Assembly (NCBI GenBank): GCA_035467535.1
Contig: DATITS010000059.1
Coordinates: 514-64,513, forward strand
Reading direction: 5' to 3'
From: Desulfobacterales bacterium
Lineage (GTDB): Bacteria > Desulfobacterota > Desulfobacteria > Desulfobacterales > SpSt-501
Length of the DNA: 64,000 bases
A program made the translations under genes and the position numbers. Under the pieces are notes generated by a model. The model was given only the letters and a program-made list of their open reading frames with translations. It ran no database searches and had not been told where the DNA came from. This document shows, one piece after another, positions 16,594 to 25,457 of this stretch (the stretch's first letter is position 1; every line of letters begins with the position of its first letter).

Positions 16594-17595
16594 CTAAGCG
16601 CCGATAGTTGCCACCATCACCGCCTTGATCGTGTGCAGACGGTTCTCGGCCTGGTCGAAGACGATCGCGGCCGGCGACTCGAAGACATCGTCCGTCACCT
16701 CCATGGACGCGAGGCCGAACTTTTTAAATATGGCTTCACCGATCTCCGTCTGCCGGTCGTGAAAGGCCGGCAGGCAGTGCAGGAATTTGACGTTGGGGTT
16801 TCCGGTTTTCTCCATGGCCGCCCGGTTCACCTGGTAGGGCTTGAGCAGCCGGATGCGCTCCTCCCAAACCTCTTCGGGCTCCCCCATGGACACCCAGATA
16901 TCGGTGTACAGGAAATCACAGCCGGCACACCCGCTAGACAGGTCATCGGTGATCGTGATCCGCGCCCCGGTCCCCTTGGCGATCTCGCGGGCCCGGGCCA
17001 CCAGCTCAGCAGTGGGATGAAGCGCTTTGGGCGCGACTGCACGGTAATCCATGCCCGTCTTGGCGGCGGCGATCAGAAGCGAGTTGGCCACGTTGTTGCG
17101 CCCGTCGCCCAGGAAGGCGAAGGCCACCTGCTTCAGGGGCTTGGCGCTGTGTTCCAGCATGGTGAGCAGATCCGCCAGTGCCTGGGTCGGGTGGAACTCG
17201 TTGGTCAGCCCGTTCCACACAGGCACCCCGGCGTACGTTGCCAGTTCCTCTATTCTTGCCTGCTCAAAGCCGCGGTACTCGATGCCGTGGTACATGCGTC
17301 CCAGCACCCGGGCCGTGTCCCGGATGGACTCCTTCTTCCCGAGCTGGGAGCCGGTGGGGTCCAGGTAGGTCACGCGGGCGCCCTGGTCGTAAGCCGCGAC
17401 CTCAAAGGCGCAGCGCGTGCGGGTGGAGGTCTTCTCGAAGATGAGCGCAATGTTCTTGCCGGTGAGCCGCTGCGGCTCGGCCCCGGCGTATTTGGCTCTC
17501 TTTAATTCCGCCGCCAGCTGCAGCAGATAAGAGATCTCTTCCGGTGTAAAATCCAGGAGCTTTAAAAAGTGACGGTTTTGAAACTGCAACGCCAT
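16594..17595 (-). CDS. argF: Ornithine carbamoyltransferase
   Basis: [29 protein letters not shown] and HCLPAFH are present. The start [11 protein letters not shown] (ATG 17593-17595) follows GAGGGAGG; the track's longer start is rejected. A catabolic (arcB-like) role is possible given the adjacent arcC. Confidence 0.9.
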   Translation of the reverse strand: MALQFQNRHFLKLLDFTPEEISYLLQLAAELKRAKYAGAEPQRLTGKNIALIFEKTSTRTRCAFEVAAYDQGARVTYLDPTGSQLGKKESIRDTARVLGRMYHGIEYRGFEQARIEELATYAGVPVWNGLTNEFHPTQALADLLTMLEHSAKPLKQVAFAFLGDGRNNVANSLLIAAAKTGMDYRAVAPKALHPTAELVARAREIAKGTGARITITDDLSSGCAGCDFLYTDIWVSMGEPEEVWEERIRLLKPYQVNRAAMEKTGNPNVKFLHCLPAFHDRQTEIGEAIFKKFGLASMEVTDDVFESPAAIVFDQAENRLHTIKAVMVATIGA

Positions 17596-17661
17596 ATCGC
17601 ATCCTCCCTCATTTAGGCGAATAAACGGACAAGCGCCATCTTGCCGTGGAAACAACCCTGA

Positions 17662-17712
17662 CAGGGTGTTGAAAAAACAGCGCCTCGCGCCGTGACACGG
17701 CGTTGTGCGGCT
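17662..17712. repeat. Half copy of the GGGTGTTGAAAAA-box repeat family
   Basis: CAGGGTGTTGAAAAAAC..GCCGTGACACGGCGTTGTGCGGCT, preceded by an abutting right-end-like AACAACCCTG. Confidence 0.5.
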
Positions 17713-17889
17713 CTTGTAGCGGTATGCCCGCTGCGCCGGCTTTGGTGCTATTGCCTTGGTGGAGGAACCGTATTACATTTCACCTGACAAAGTAAATCCC
17801 CTTCATCGCATAAACCGTTTTTCATTCAGCCGGGTATCGTGATGTTCGTCTCCGGACAAATCCAATAACGGAATCGAAAGGAAGGCCAT

Positions 17890-18420
17890 ATGGGAGTACC
17901 GAAACCGCTCGCGAAGGATCAGGCGGAATCCAGCATCCGCGAACTTTTCGAAGGCATGCAGGATACCATCGGCAAGATACCCAATGTCTTCGGCGTCATG
18001 GCCCGTTTTCCGGCGGCACTGAAACGCTTCGTGCCCTTTTACAACGCGGTCATGCTGAAAGGCCGGCTCCCGCACAAATTGAAGGAGTTGGCCTATCTGA
18101 AGACCGCCAGCATCAATGCCTGCCAGTACTGACTGCGCGCCCACACTGCTTCGGCGAAGCAGGCCGGCGTGACCGACCGGCAGATCGAAGACCTCCGGTT
18201 CTACCAGCACAGCGAGGCTTACGACGACAAGGAGCGGGCCACCGTGCGCTTTGCCGACCTGGTGACCCGCGGGGCCTCCGCCATCGACGCCTCCGTGCTC
18301 AACTGGCTGGGCCAATACTACTCGGACGATGAAATCGTCGAGCTGGTGATGGTGGTCGCGCTGGCCAACATGGTCAACCGCGTCAACGACACGCTGCAGA
18401 TCGAGCCGGATTTAGGATAG
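17890..18420 (+). CDS. CMD/AhpD-fold protein, predicted selenoprotein (C-x-x-U; in-frame TGA at 18130-18132)
   Basis: ORFs 17890..18132 and 18169..18420 share a frame. Read-through gives ...KTASINACQY-U-LRAHTASAKQAGVTDRQIEDL..., which is the N-x-C-x-x-C-x-x-x-H AhpD motif with the second Cys encoded by TGA. A hairpin follows 13 nt downstream. Confidence 0.7.
18146..18162 (+). promoter_or_regulatory. Candidate SECIS stem-loop for TGA 18130
   Basis: The stems are CTGCTTC and GAAGCAG with a GGC loop, beginning 13 nt after the TGA. Confidence 0.45.
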
Positions 18421-18422
18421 CC

Positions 18423-19394
18423 ATGGCCCCCACTCGCATCGTTGTGACCGACGGTTACACCCTCAACCCGGGCGACAATCCCTGGGACGAGATCGGAGCC
18501 CTGGGAACCCTCGCCGTTTACGAGCGCACCGAACCGGCGGAGTTGACGGCGCGCTGCCGCGAGGCGGAGATCCTCATCGTCAACAAGACCCGCGTCTGCG
18601 AGGAGGATCTGGCGGAGCTTGCCCAACTGCGGTTCATCAGCGTGTCCGCGACGGGATACGACTGTGTCGACATCGCGGCGGCCGGCCGCCGCGGGATCCC
18701 GGTGTCGAACGTGCCGGTCTACGGAACGGACTCCGTCGCCCAGTATGTGTTTTCGGCCCTCCTGCACGTCTGGCACAACATTGCCGTCCACGCCGACGCC
18801 GTGAAGGCCGGGGAGTGGGGCGCGCAGCCGGATTGGTCGTTCTGGAAGACGCCGCTGACCGAGCTGCGCGGCAAAACCATCGGGATCGTGGGCTTCGGCC
18901 GCATCGGCCGCCGGGTCGGGGAGTTGGCCAACGCCTTCGGCATGCACGTAATGGCGCATGACGCATTCAAAGGAGCGGAACCGGGCTATGCGCCGTTTGC
19001 CTGGGCTGCAATCGAGCATCTCTTCGCCGCAAGCGACGTGGTCAGCCTGCACTGCCCGCTCACGGCCGAAAACCACGCGTTCGTCGACACGAATCTCTTG
19101 AACCGCATGAAGCCGGCAGCCGTGCTGATCAACGCCTCCCGCGGCCCGCTCGTGAACGAGCGCGACCTGGCCGGGGCACTCAACGCCGGGCGCATCGCGG
19201 CGGCGGTCGTGGACGTGGTCTCGGCGGAACCGGTCCGGGCGGACAACCCGCTCTTGTCCGCCCGCCGTATCGTGATCACCCCCCACATCGCCTGGGCCAC
19301 CCGCGAGGCCCGGCAGCGGCTGATGCACACCACGGCTGAAAACGTGAGGGCCTTTCTGGAGGGAAAACCACGGAACGTGGTGAACGGATTTTGA
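18423..19394 (+). CDS. D-2-hydroxyacid dehydrogenase (glycerate dehydrogenase/HprA-like)
   Basis: GIVGFGRIGRRVG, INASRGPLVNE and ITPHIAWAT are present. Confidence 0.85.
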   Translation: MAPTRIVVTDGYTLNPGDNPWDEIGALGTLAVYERTEPAELTARCREAEILIVNKTRVCEEDLAELAQLRFISVSATGYDCVDIAAAGRRGIPVSNVPVYGTDSVAQYVFSALLHVWHNIAVHADAVKAGEWGAQPDWSFWKTPLTELRGKTIGIVGFGRIGRRVGELANAFGMHVMAHDAFKGAEPGYAPFAWAAIEHLFAASDVVSLHCPLTAENHAFVDTNLLNRMKPAAVLINASRGPLVNERDLAGALNAGRIAAAVVDVVSAEPVRADNPLLSARRIVITPHIAWATREARQRLMHTTAENVRAFLEGKPRNVVNGF

Positions 19395-19433
19395 CAGAGA
19401 GTTGAAAAGCCGCGATTCACGGCCGTGATCCGG
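19395..19433. repeat. Degenerate half copy of the repeat family
   Basis: CAGAGAGTTGAAAAGCCGCGATTCACGGCCGTGATCCGG. Confidence 0.4.
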
Positions 19434-19446
19434 AATCCCCAAACAC

Positions 19447-20418
19447 CTATTTTCTGTCCTCCGTGCGATCGGTAGCCGGCGGCGGCGCAGGCGCGAGCGA
19501 CGACAGGCGCGCGTAAAGCTCGTCGGTCATTGGGATTTCGGGGGCGATCAGCGCCGGCTCGATCTGGGCAACACTGCGGGCGCCGATGATGGGGCAGCTC
19601 ACCGCCGGGTGGTGCGCCGCCCAGGCGACGGCCAGGCTCACCGGCGAGATCCCGACCTCGTCCGCGACGACTTTCAGCCGCTGAGCCGCCTCGTACATCC
19701 AGTCTGCTGCGTAGCGCCGGGTGTACGTGGCGTTCTCGGAAAGCCTGCCAGCGCCGTCGGCCGGCGTGCGGCCGTATTTCCCGGTCAGCAAGCCCCCGCC
19801 CAGCGGGTTGTAGGCCATCACGCCCATGCCCGCATCGAGCGCCAGGGGAAGCAGCTCGACCTCGGCCTGCCGCTTCACCAGGTTGTACATGGGCTGCATG
19901 ACCCGGATGGCGCTCAGGCCGCACAGGGCGCTGGTGCCGAGGGCCTTGGCGATCTGCCACGCCGCCCAGTTGCTGACGCCCAGATACCGCACCTTGCCCT
20001 GCTGGATCAGCGTGTCGAAGGCGCGCAGCGTTTCCTCGATGGGGACAAGCGTGTCGAACCGGTGGGCGAAGTACACGTCGATCCAGCCCGTGTTGAGCCG
20101 CCGCAGGCTCTGCTCACACTGCTGGATGAGATGCCGCCGGGACAGCCCTTCCTGGTTGGGCCCCGCTCCCATCGACCCGCCGACCTTGGTGGTGACGATC
20201 AGCTGCTCGCGCTCCTCGGGGATGATCTCGCCCAGGATGCGCTCCGCCTCTCCGCTGGAGTAAACGTTGGCGCAGTCGAAAAAATTGATGCCGGCCTCGC
20301 GGCAGCGACGGTAGATGGCCTCGCTCGCCTTGCGGTCGGCTTCTTTCCCGAAAGTCATGGTCCCCAGGCAAAGCTCCGAGACCTTGAGCCCGGTGGTCCC
20401 CAGGTTGACGTACTTCAT
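19447..20418 (-). CDS. Aldo/keto reductase
   Basis: MKYVNLGTTGLKVSELCLGTMTFG...GINFFDCANVYSSGEAE...YLGVSNWAAWQ. Confidence 0.9.
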   Translation of the reverse strand: MKYVNLGTTGLKVSELCLGTMTFGKEADRKASEAIYRRCREAGINFFDCANVYSSGEAERILGEIIPEEREQLIVTTKVGGSMGAGPNQEGLSRRHLIQQCEQSLRRLNTGWIDVYFAHRFDTLVPIEETLRAFDTLIQQGKVRYLGVSNWAAWQIAKALGTSALCGLSAIRVMQPMYNLVKRQAEVELLPLALDAGMGVMAYNPLGGGLLTGKYGRTPADGAGRLSENATYTRRYAADWMYEAAQRLKVVADEVGISPVSLAVAWAAHHPAVSCPIIGARSVAQIEPALIAPEIPMTDELYARLSSLAPAPPPATDRTEDRK

Positions 20419-20468
20419 TCTCGCACACTCCTTCCGCTCAGGGTTCGATCACTTCGACAACTATCGAT

Positions 20469-20514
20469 CAGGGTGTTGAAAAAACTGTGCTTCAGGCCGT
20501 GAGCCGGGGTTGTG
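20469..20514. repeat. Half copy of the repeat family
   Basis: CAGGGTGTTGAAAAAACTGTGCTTCAGGCCGTGAGCCGGGGTTGTG. Confidence 0.5.
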
Positions 20515-20535
20515 TCGTCCCAGGCGCGCTGCGTC

Positions 20536-21654
20536 TCACTGGCTCCTGCCGCGCAGATCGATCGTCCAGACATCCACCACCTTGCTGCCCCGTGTCACGA
20601 AAAAGCGGTCGAACTGGTTGATGGTGGGGTCGCAGTGCGAGACAATCAGCTCCAGGACCGTCCCGAGTTCGGGCAGAGGGGTTCCCCGGCTGCGGGCGCT
20701 GAGCTTCCCGTATTCATCGCCGAACCAGTCGTACTGAAGGTTTGGGAACTCCGGGTTCAGGACCCGCGGGTGCCCGCCGTCCTTGTAAAGCGCTTTCAGC
20801 CCGGCATCGACCGTCACCTGCCGGCCGTGGCCCACACTGACCACCGTGGTGAGCATGGTCAGCGCCGGCTGGTAATCGGCACATTCGGAGCCGTCCGCGC
20901 ATTCGATCGCCAGGTATTCGGCATCCATCAGGGCGTACGAGCCGGCCTGCAATTCCGTCAACTCCGGGATCGCGAGATCGATCCTGGCGGTGCCCGTGCC
21001 GGAGGCGCTGAAGATGGTGCAGGATTCCGCCCGTGGCTGCAGTTGGCGAAAGACCGCCGCGGCCTGCTTCAGCCCCTTGAGCGAGGCCGCCCGGCGAACG
21101 CTGTAGCGGGGGATGTGCTGCACGTTACCGGCGTAGGCCTGGATGCCTCTCAGCCGCAGGCGGTCGCTCGCCAGAACCCGCTCGGCCAGTTCCATGGCCT
21201 TGCCCGGGACCACCCCGGTGCGACCGTGGCCGATGTCCAGATCCACCAGCACATCCAGGGTCAACCCGGCGCCGGCCAGCTGCTGCTCGAGCAGTTCGAT
21301 GCTCGCGGGGTGGTCGACAACGGTCATCAGGAAGGGTGCGGTGCGCAGCAGCGACATCAGCCGGGCGATTTTTTCAGCCGTCGCAACCGGTCCGGTGATC
21401 AGCACGTTGGGAATCCCGGCCTGCACCAGGGCCTCGGCCTCCGAGACCTTGGCCGCGCAGATTCCGACCGCGCCGGCGGCCAGCTGCATCTTGGCCAAAA
21501 GCGAGCACTTGTGGGTCTTGGCGTGCGGCCGCAGCGCCTTGCCGGCGGCGGCGACCGTGGCCTGCATCTTCTGAAGGTTCTCGTCCAGCAGATCCAGGTC
21601 CAGCACCAGGCAGGGCGTATCCAGTTCGAATTTGTTTCGGCCGACGATTTTCAT
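20536..21654 (-). CDS. DSD1/D-threonine-aldolase-like PLP enzyme (alanine-racemase N-terminal fold)
   Basis: The PLP-lysine motif LRPHAKTHKC is present. The start MKIVGRNKFELDTPCLVLDL (ATG 21652-21654) follows GAGGGGAGA; the 459-aa track ORF is over-extended. Confidence 0.8.
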   Translation of the reverse strand: MKIVGRNKFELDTPCLVLDLDLLDENLQKMQATVAAAGKALRPHAKTHKCSLLAKMQLAAGAVGICAAKVSEAEALVQAGIPNVLITGPVATAEKIARLMSLLRTAPFLMTVVDHPASIELLEQQLAGAGLTLDVLVDLDIGHGRTGVVPGKAMELAERVLASDRLRLRGIQAYAGNVQHIPRYSVRRAASLKGLKQAAAVFRQLQPRAESCTIFSASGTGTARIDLAIPELTELQAGSYALMDAEYLAIECADGSECADYQPALTMLTTVVSVGHGRQVTVDAGLKALYKDGGHPRVLNPEFPNLQYDWFGDEYGKLSARSRGTPLPELGTVLELIVSHCDPTINQFDRFFVTRGSKVVDVWTIDLRGRSQ

Positions 21655-21682
21655 TTCCCAATCTCCCCTCAACTGTTTCCGG

Positions 21683-22210
21683 CTATAGCCCCTTCTTTTC
21701 AAAAAAGACAAAGGCCAGGATATAGACCACCGCCAGGACTGCGATGACCGGCCAGGGGCCCACGCCCAAAACGCCGGGAAGCGTGATCGGGCCGAGACTG
21801 CCCATTTGCAGAAAACCCTTCTCCAGATACGGGTAGGCCTCGGCGAAAAGCGCCGCGCCGGCCAGCATGCCGAGGATGGCAAAGACCGCGTGCACGCGGC
21901 CCTCGGCCACCGCACCGACGGAGGTGCCGGGGCAAAACCCCATGATGGCCCAGCCGCCGCCGAACAGAATGCCGCCCACGATGTTCGCGCCGAGCACGGT
22001 AGCCTTGGGGCTGAGCTTGACGAGCCCGAACCCGGCCAGCAGGTTGATGCCGACCATGCCCACTATGATGGCGGAGAGCATGAACTTCATGATGGTCATG
22101 TCCTTCAGCAGCATGGCGCCGACCTGTTTTTCAAAACGCAGCACGCGGCCCTGCTGGAGCAAAGCACCGAAGGCCACCCCCGTGATCAGGCCCAGCCATT
22201 GCTCGCTCAT
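21683..22210 (-). CDS. YeeE/YedE family membrane protein (sulfur/selenium-compound transport-like), second half-gene
   Basis: The 175-aa product reads MSEQWLGLITGVAFGALLQQGR...GGGWAIMGFCPGTS. Its ATG overlaps the upstream stop (ATGA). The first 211 aa of the 386-aa track ORF are an out-of-frame overlap artefact. Confidence 0.75.
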   Translation of the reverse strand: MSEQWLGLITGVAFGALLQQGRVLRFEKQVGAMLLKDMTIMKFMLSAIIVGMVGINLLAGFGLVKLSPKATVLGANIVGGILFGGGWAIMGFCPGTSVGAVAEGRVHAVFAILGMLAGAALFAEAYPYLEKGFLQMGSLGPITLPGVLGVGPWPVIAVLAVVYILAFVFFEKKGL

Positions 22211-22746
22211 CGCACACCTCCCGCGCCCCGGTAGACCAGGGCAGCCACCAGCACGCCCGCACCGAAGAAGCAGGCGAGCGCAACGAACCCGCTGACCGAC
22301 AGCTGCATCAACCCGCTCAGCCCGTGCCCGCTCGGGCACCCATCCGCCATGCGGGCACCGAACATGGCCACCGCACCCCCCAGGAAGGCGCCTACTGCAC
22401 GGACCTTCGCGCTGTTTCCGAAACGCTCGCGCCAGACCGGCGGAACGGTCTCCACCTTGAAGCTTCCGTCCGCCAGCGCCGCGGCCAGCGCCCCGATGAA
22501 GACCCCGACGACCAGCATGAACTGCCAGTCGATCTTGACCTTCTCCTTGGCGAAGTAGGCGTTGTTCTTGACATGCTCCGGGGCGAGGCGCTCCTCGATG
22601 AACCCGGCCGCGCGCACGAACGTCGTGGACGCACCCAGGTACTGCGCCTTGCCCAGGACCTTCGTGCTGGCGAAAACGGACACCGTGGCCAGCACGCCAA
22701 CCAGCGCCCCGGCAATGTAAGGCCTCCAGCTGAAACGATTCTGCAT
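22207..22746 (-). CDS. YeeE/YedE family membrane protein, first half-gene
   Basis: MQNRFSWRPYIAGALVGVLA...GARMADGCPSGHGLSG. The start at 22746 follows AAGGAG. Confidence 0.75.
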   Translation of the reverse strand: MQNRFSWRPYIAGALVGVLATVSVFASTKVLGKAQYLGASTTFVRAAGFIEERLAPEHVKNNAYFAKEKVKIDWQFMLVVGVFIGALAAALADGSFKVETVPPVWRERFGNSAKVRAVGAFLGGAVAMFGARMADGCPSGHGLSGLMQLSVSGFVALACFFGAGVLVAALVYRGAGGVR

Positions 22747-23148
22747 GCTTGCTCCTTTGCGGTTGGGCTGCATGGGCCGGCGGAAAGATGCGGAGGGCGT
22801 CCGCGCCGGCACGACGGCAGCCTGCGGGGTGTGATGCGTCCAACTATAGTACGATTCAGCGGAACGCTCAAGCGGATCGGCGATCTCTCACACAAAAGCA
22901 ATAACTATTCATAGATGGACGGCTCTCTTTTTGTCAATTATAAAAAAGGCGCCGCATCTCTTTTGCCTGCGGAGCAGCCCGTCGCAACTTTTTAACGTTT
23001 ACGAAGCAGCCGGGGAAATCGTGAGCCTGAACGTTCTCGTAATTCGAAAAATCGCCCCGCGCCTTGAATTTCACCTTTGCGTGCCCATTTTGAGCAGCAA
23101 ATATGTGAGACCCCATAGCTGCGTTTCATCAGTGGAAAGAATTTCAAA

Positions 23149-24348
23149 ATGCTGTTCGGAATGACCATACCCACGTTTCGGTTGACCATTCTCGCCCTCG
23201 CGGTGCTCGCCCAGCTATACCTTTTTTTCCGCGTGCGCCGGGTTATCCGGTCCTCGCAGCGCTCCGAGCGTTTCAAGGCGCGAGCCACCCGCCTGGTGGG
23301 TGCGGCGATCGGCCTGCTCTTTGTCGTCAACACCGGCATCCTGTTCAAACCCCTCCCCTGGCCGGACCTGCCGGCCGCCGCCAACATCGGCCTTATATAC
23401 CCGGCGGCCGTCTGGGGCCTGGGATCGATCTTCTCCGCCGTGTTGCTTTTTGTTATGCAGGTTGCCGGCGGGCTGGGGCGGATGGTTGTCCGGCTCATCA
23501 GCGGCCTTGCCGGCAGAACGGCCCCCGCTCCCATGGACCCCGGCCGCCGCCGTTTTCTCCGGGCCGGGGTCGGCGGGCTTGCCGCAGCGCCTTTCTTGCT
23601 TTCCGGCTACGGCGCCGCCTATGCCGGCAAATCCTATGAGGTCCAGGAGCTCAATCTGCCCTTTGGCCGCCGGGTGCGGGTCGTCCAACTCACCGACATC
23701 CATTGCGGCATTTACATGTCCCGGGAAGAGATGCGCCGCTATGCGGAACAGGTCAACGCGCTGCAGCCGGATCTGTTCGTCCTCACCGGCGATTACATCT
23801 CCAATTCGATCCGGTTCCTGCCGCCCTGCCTGGAGGAGATGGCCCGGGTCAGCGCCCGCTACGGCCGCTTTGCGACACTGGGCAATCACGAGCACTGGTA
23901 TGGGCAACTCGACGAGCTTCAGGCCATCTTCGACCGCCATGGCATCCCGCTGCTGCAGAACAGCCACCAGGTGATCCAGACCCCGGAGGGCCCCTTCGCC
24001 GTCGCCGGAATCGATGACCTGCGGAGCGGCAACCCGGACCTGCCGGCCGCCCTGCGGGGGATCGCGCCCGGCATCTCGACGATCCTCCTGTCGCATCGCC
24101 CCGAGATCTTCCCCCGGGCCGCTGCCGCAGGGATCGCGCTGACCCTGTCCGGCCACTACCACGGGGGGCAAATCAAGCTGAGCCTGCCGGGCGGCGACAT
24201 CAGCCTGGCCCACCTACGCACCCCCTACCCGGAGGGGCTCTACCGGATCGACGCTTCGCACCTGTACGTCAGCCGCGGCATCGGCACCACTTTCACGCCG
24301 GTGCGGCTGAACGCCCCGCCCGAAGTCACCCTGCTGCACCTGAGATAG
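23149..24348 (+). CDS. Membrane-anchored metallophosphoesterase (YkuE-like)
   Basis: N-terminal TM helices are followed by an RRRFLRAGVGGLAAAP Tat-like motif and then LTDIHCG, LTGDYIS, GNHEHW and LSGHYHGGQ. Confidence 0.8.
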   Translation: MLFGMTIPTFRLTILALAVLAQLYLFFRVRRVIRSSQRSERFKARATRLVGAAIGLLFVVNTGILFKPLPWPDLPAAANIGLIYPAAVWGLGSIFSAVLLFVMQVAGGLGRMVVRLISGLAGRTAPAPMDPGRRRFLRAGVGGLAAAPFLLSGYGAAYAGKSYEVQELNLPFGRRVRVVQLTDIHCGIYMSREEMRRYAEQVNALQPDLFVLTGDYISNSIRFLPPCLEEMARVSARYGRFATLGNHEHWYGQLDELQAIFDRHGIPLLQNSHQVIQTPEGPFAVAGIDDLRSGNPDLPAALRGIAPGISTILLSHRPEIFPRAAAAGIALTLSGHYHGGQIKLSLPGGDISLAHLRTPYPEGLYRIDASHLYVSRGIGTTFTPVRLNAPPEVTLLHLR

Positions 24349-24355
24349 CGCACCC

Positions 24356-24435
24356 GTTATTTCACCCTGCCGCAAGAATCGGGTGGCGCCCGCACTCGGC
24401 CTGGGTTAGAAGGTGATCCAGGGTTGTGAAACCAC
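24356..24435. repeat. Short (about 80 bp) palindromic member of the repeat family
   Basis: The ends are GTTATTTCACCCTG and CAGGGTTGTGAAACCAC. The right end is nearly identical to 35411-35431. Confidence 0.45.
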
Positions 24436-24474
24436 TTCTTGTATCGTGACAAACCGACCTCTTGGGAAATAACC

Positions 24475-25392
24475 ATGACTGCTGGAAGCGCAGTGCGTCT
24501 TCTCATCCTGGCCGCGATCTGGGGCGGCTCTTTCCTGTTCATGCGGATCGGGGCCCCCGTGCTGGGGCCGGCCTGGTTGATTCAGTTTCGCGTGGGCATC
24601 GCGGCGCTGTTTCTGTTGATCTGCGCCGGGTGGTTTCACAAGCCTCTCCAACTTCGAAAATACTGGAGGCATTACCTGATACTGGGGTGTTTCAACTCGG
24701 CGCTGCCCTTCTTTCTGATCGCATTTGCGGCAAAGACCCTGACGGCAGCGCTGCTCTCCGTTCTGAACTCGTCATCCCCGATATTCGGCGCCATCATTTC
24801 CGCAGTGTGGCTTCGCAACCGGGTCACACGACTAACTGCGGCCGGTTTGGCCATGGGGGTCATCGGAGTCATTATATTGGTGCAGAATGGCATCGCCACC
24901 CGGACGGACGAATGGGGAATGGCGGTCGCCGCAGCGTTGTTGTCGACCATTTGCTACGGTATTTCCGGCACCTATATCAAAGCCTCCCCCAAGCCGGTTG
25001 AGCCGTTCAGCAACGCGCACGGAAGCATGTGGGCGGCGACCGTTCTGATGGCGCTGACATTGCCGTTCTGCCCGACCGCGGCGGAGCCGAGCCCTGGGGT
25101 CTGGACTGCAGTGGCGGCACTGGGGGTGCTGTGCACGGGAGTTGCCTACCTGATCTATTTCCGACTGATCCAGGACATGGGGCCGATCTCGGCCCTGTCG
25201 GTCACGTTTCTGATTCCGGTGTTCGGAATCTTGTGGGGAGTTCTTTTTCTCGATGAGCAGATCGATTGGAGCACGATCATCGGCGCCCTGATCGTCCTGG
25301 TCGGCACGGCGTTGACGAACGGTATCACCCCCCGCTTCTTCCTTGAGTCCGGGAAAAGGGCCCGGCCGGATCGACCCGAAAAATCGCAATAG
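24475..25392 (+). CDS. EamA/DMT family transporter
   Basis: This is a 10-TM-type protein containing LAAIWGGSFLFMRI and duplicated EamA halves. The start MTAGSAV is preferred over 24439. Confidence 0.8.
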   Translation: MTAGSAVRLLILAAIWGGSFLFMRIGAPVLGPAWLIQFRVGIAALFLLICAGWFHKPLQLRKYWRHYLILGCFNSALPFFLIAFAAKTLTAALLSVLNSSSPIFGAIISAVWLRNRVTRLTAAGLAMGVIGVIILVQNGIATRTDEWGMAVAAALLSTICYGISGTYIKASPKPVEPFSNAHGSMWAATVLMALTLPFCPTAAEPSPGVWTAVAALGVLCTGVAYLIYFRLIQDMGPISALSVTFLIPVFGILWGVLFLDEQIDWSTIIGALIVLVGTALTNGITPRFFLESGKRARPDRPEKSQ

Positions 25393-25457
25393 TCAACAAT
25401 GCCCCTCGGATGATATTGCTGAATGGCAACCAGCTCGCACGAAAGGAGAAAACACCC

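Noticed and set aside
21683-22843. A 386-aa ORF suggesting one large YeeE-type protein
   Set aside because: Only the last 175 aa are membrane-protein-like. The first 211 aa are an Arg/Gly-rich out-of-frame read through the upstream YeeE gene (22207..22746). Two overlapping half-size genes explain the region better.
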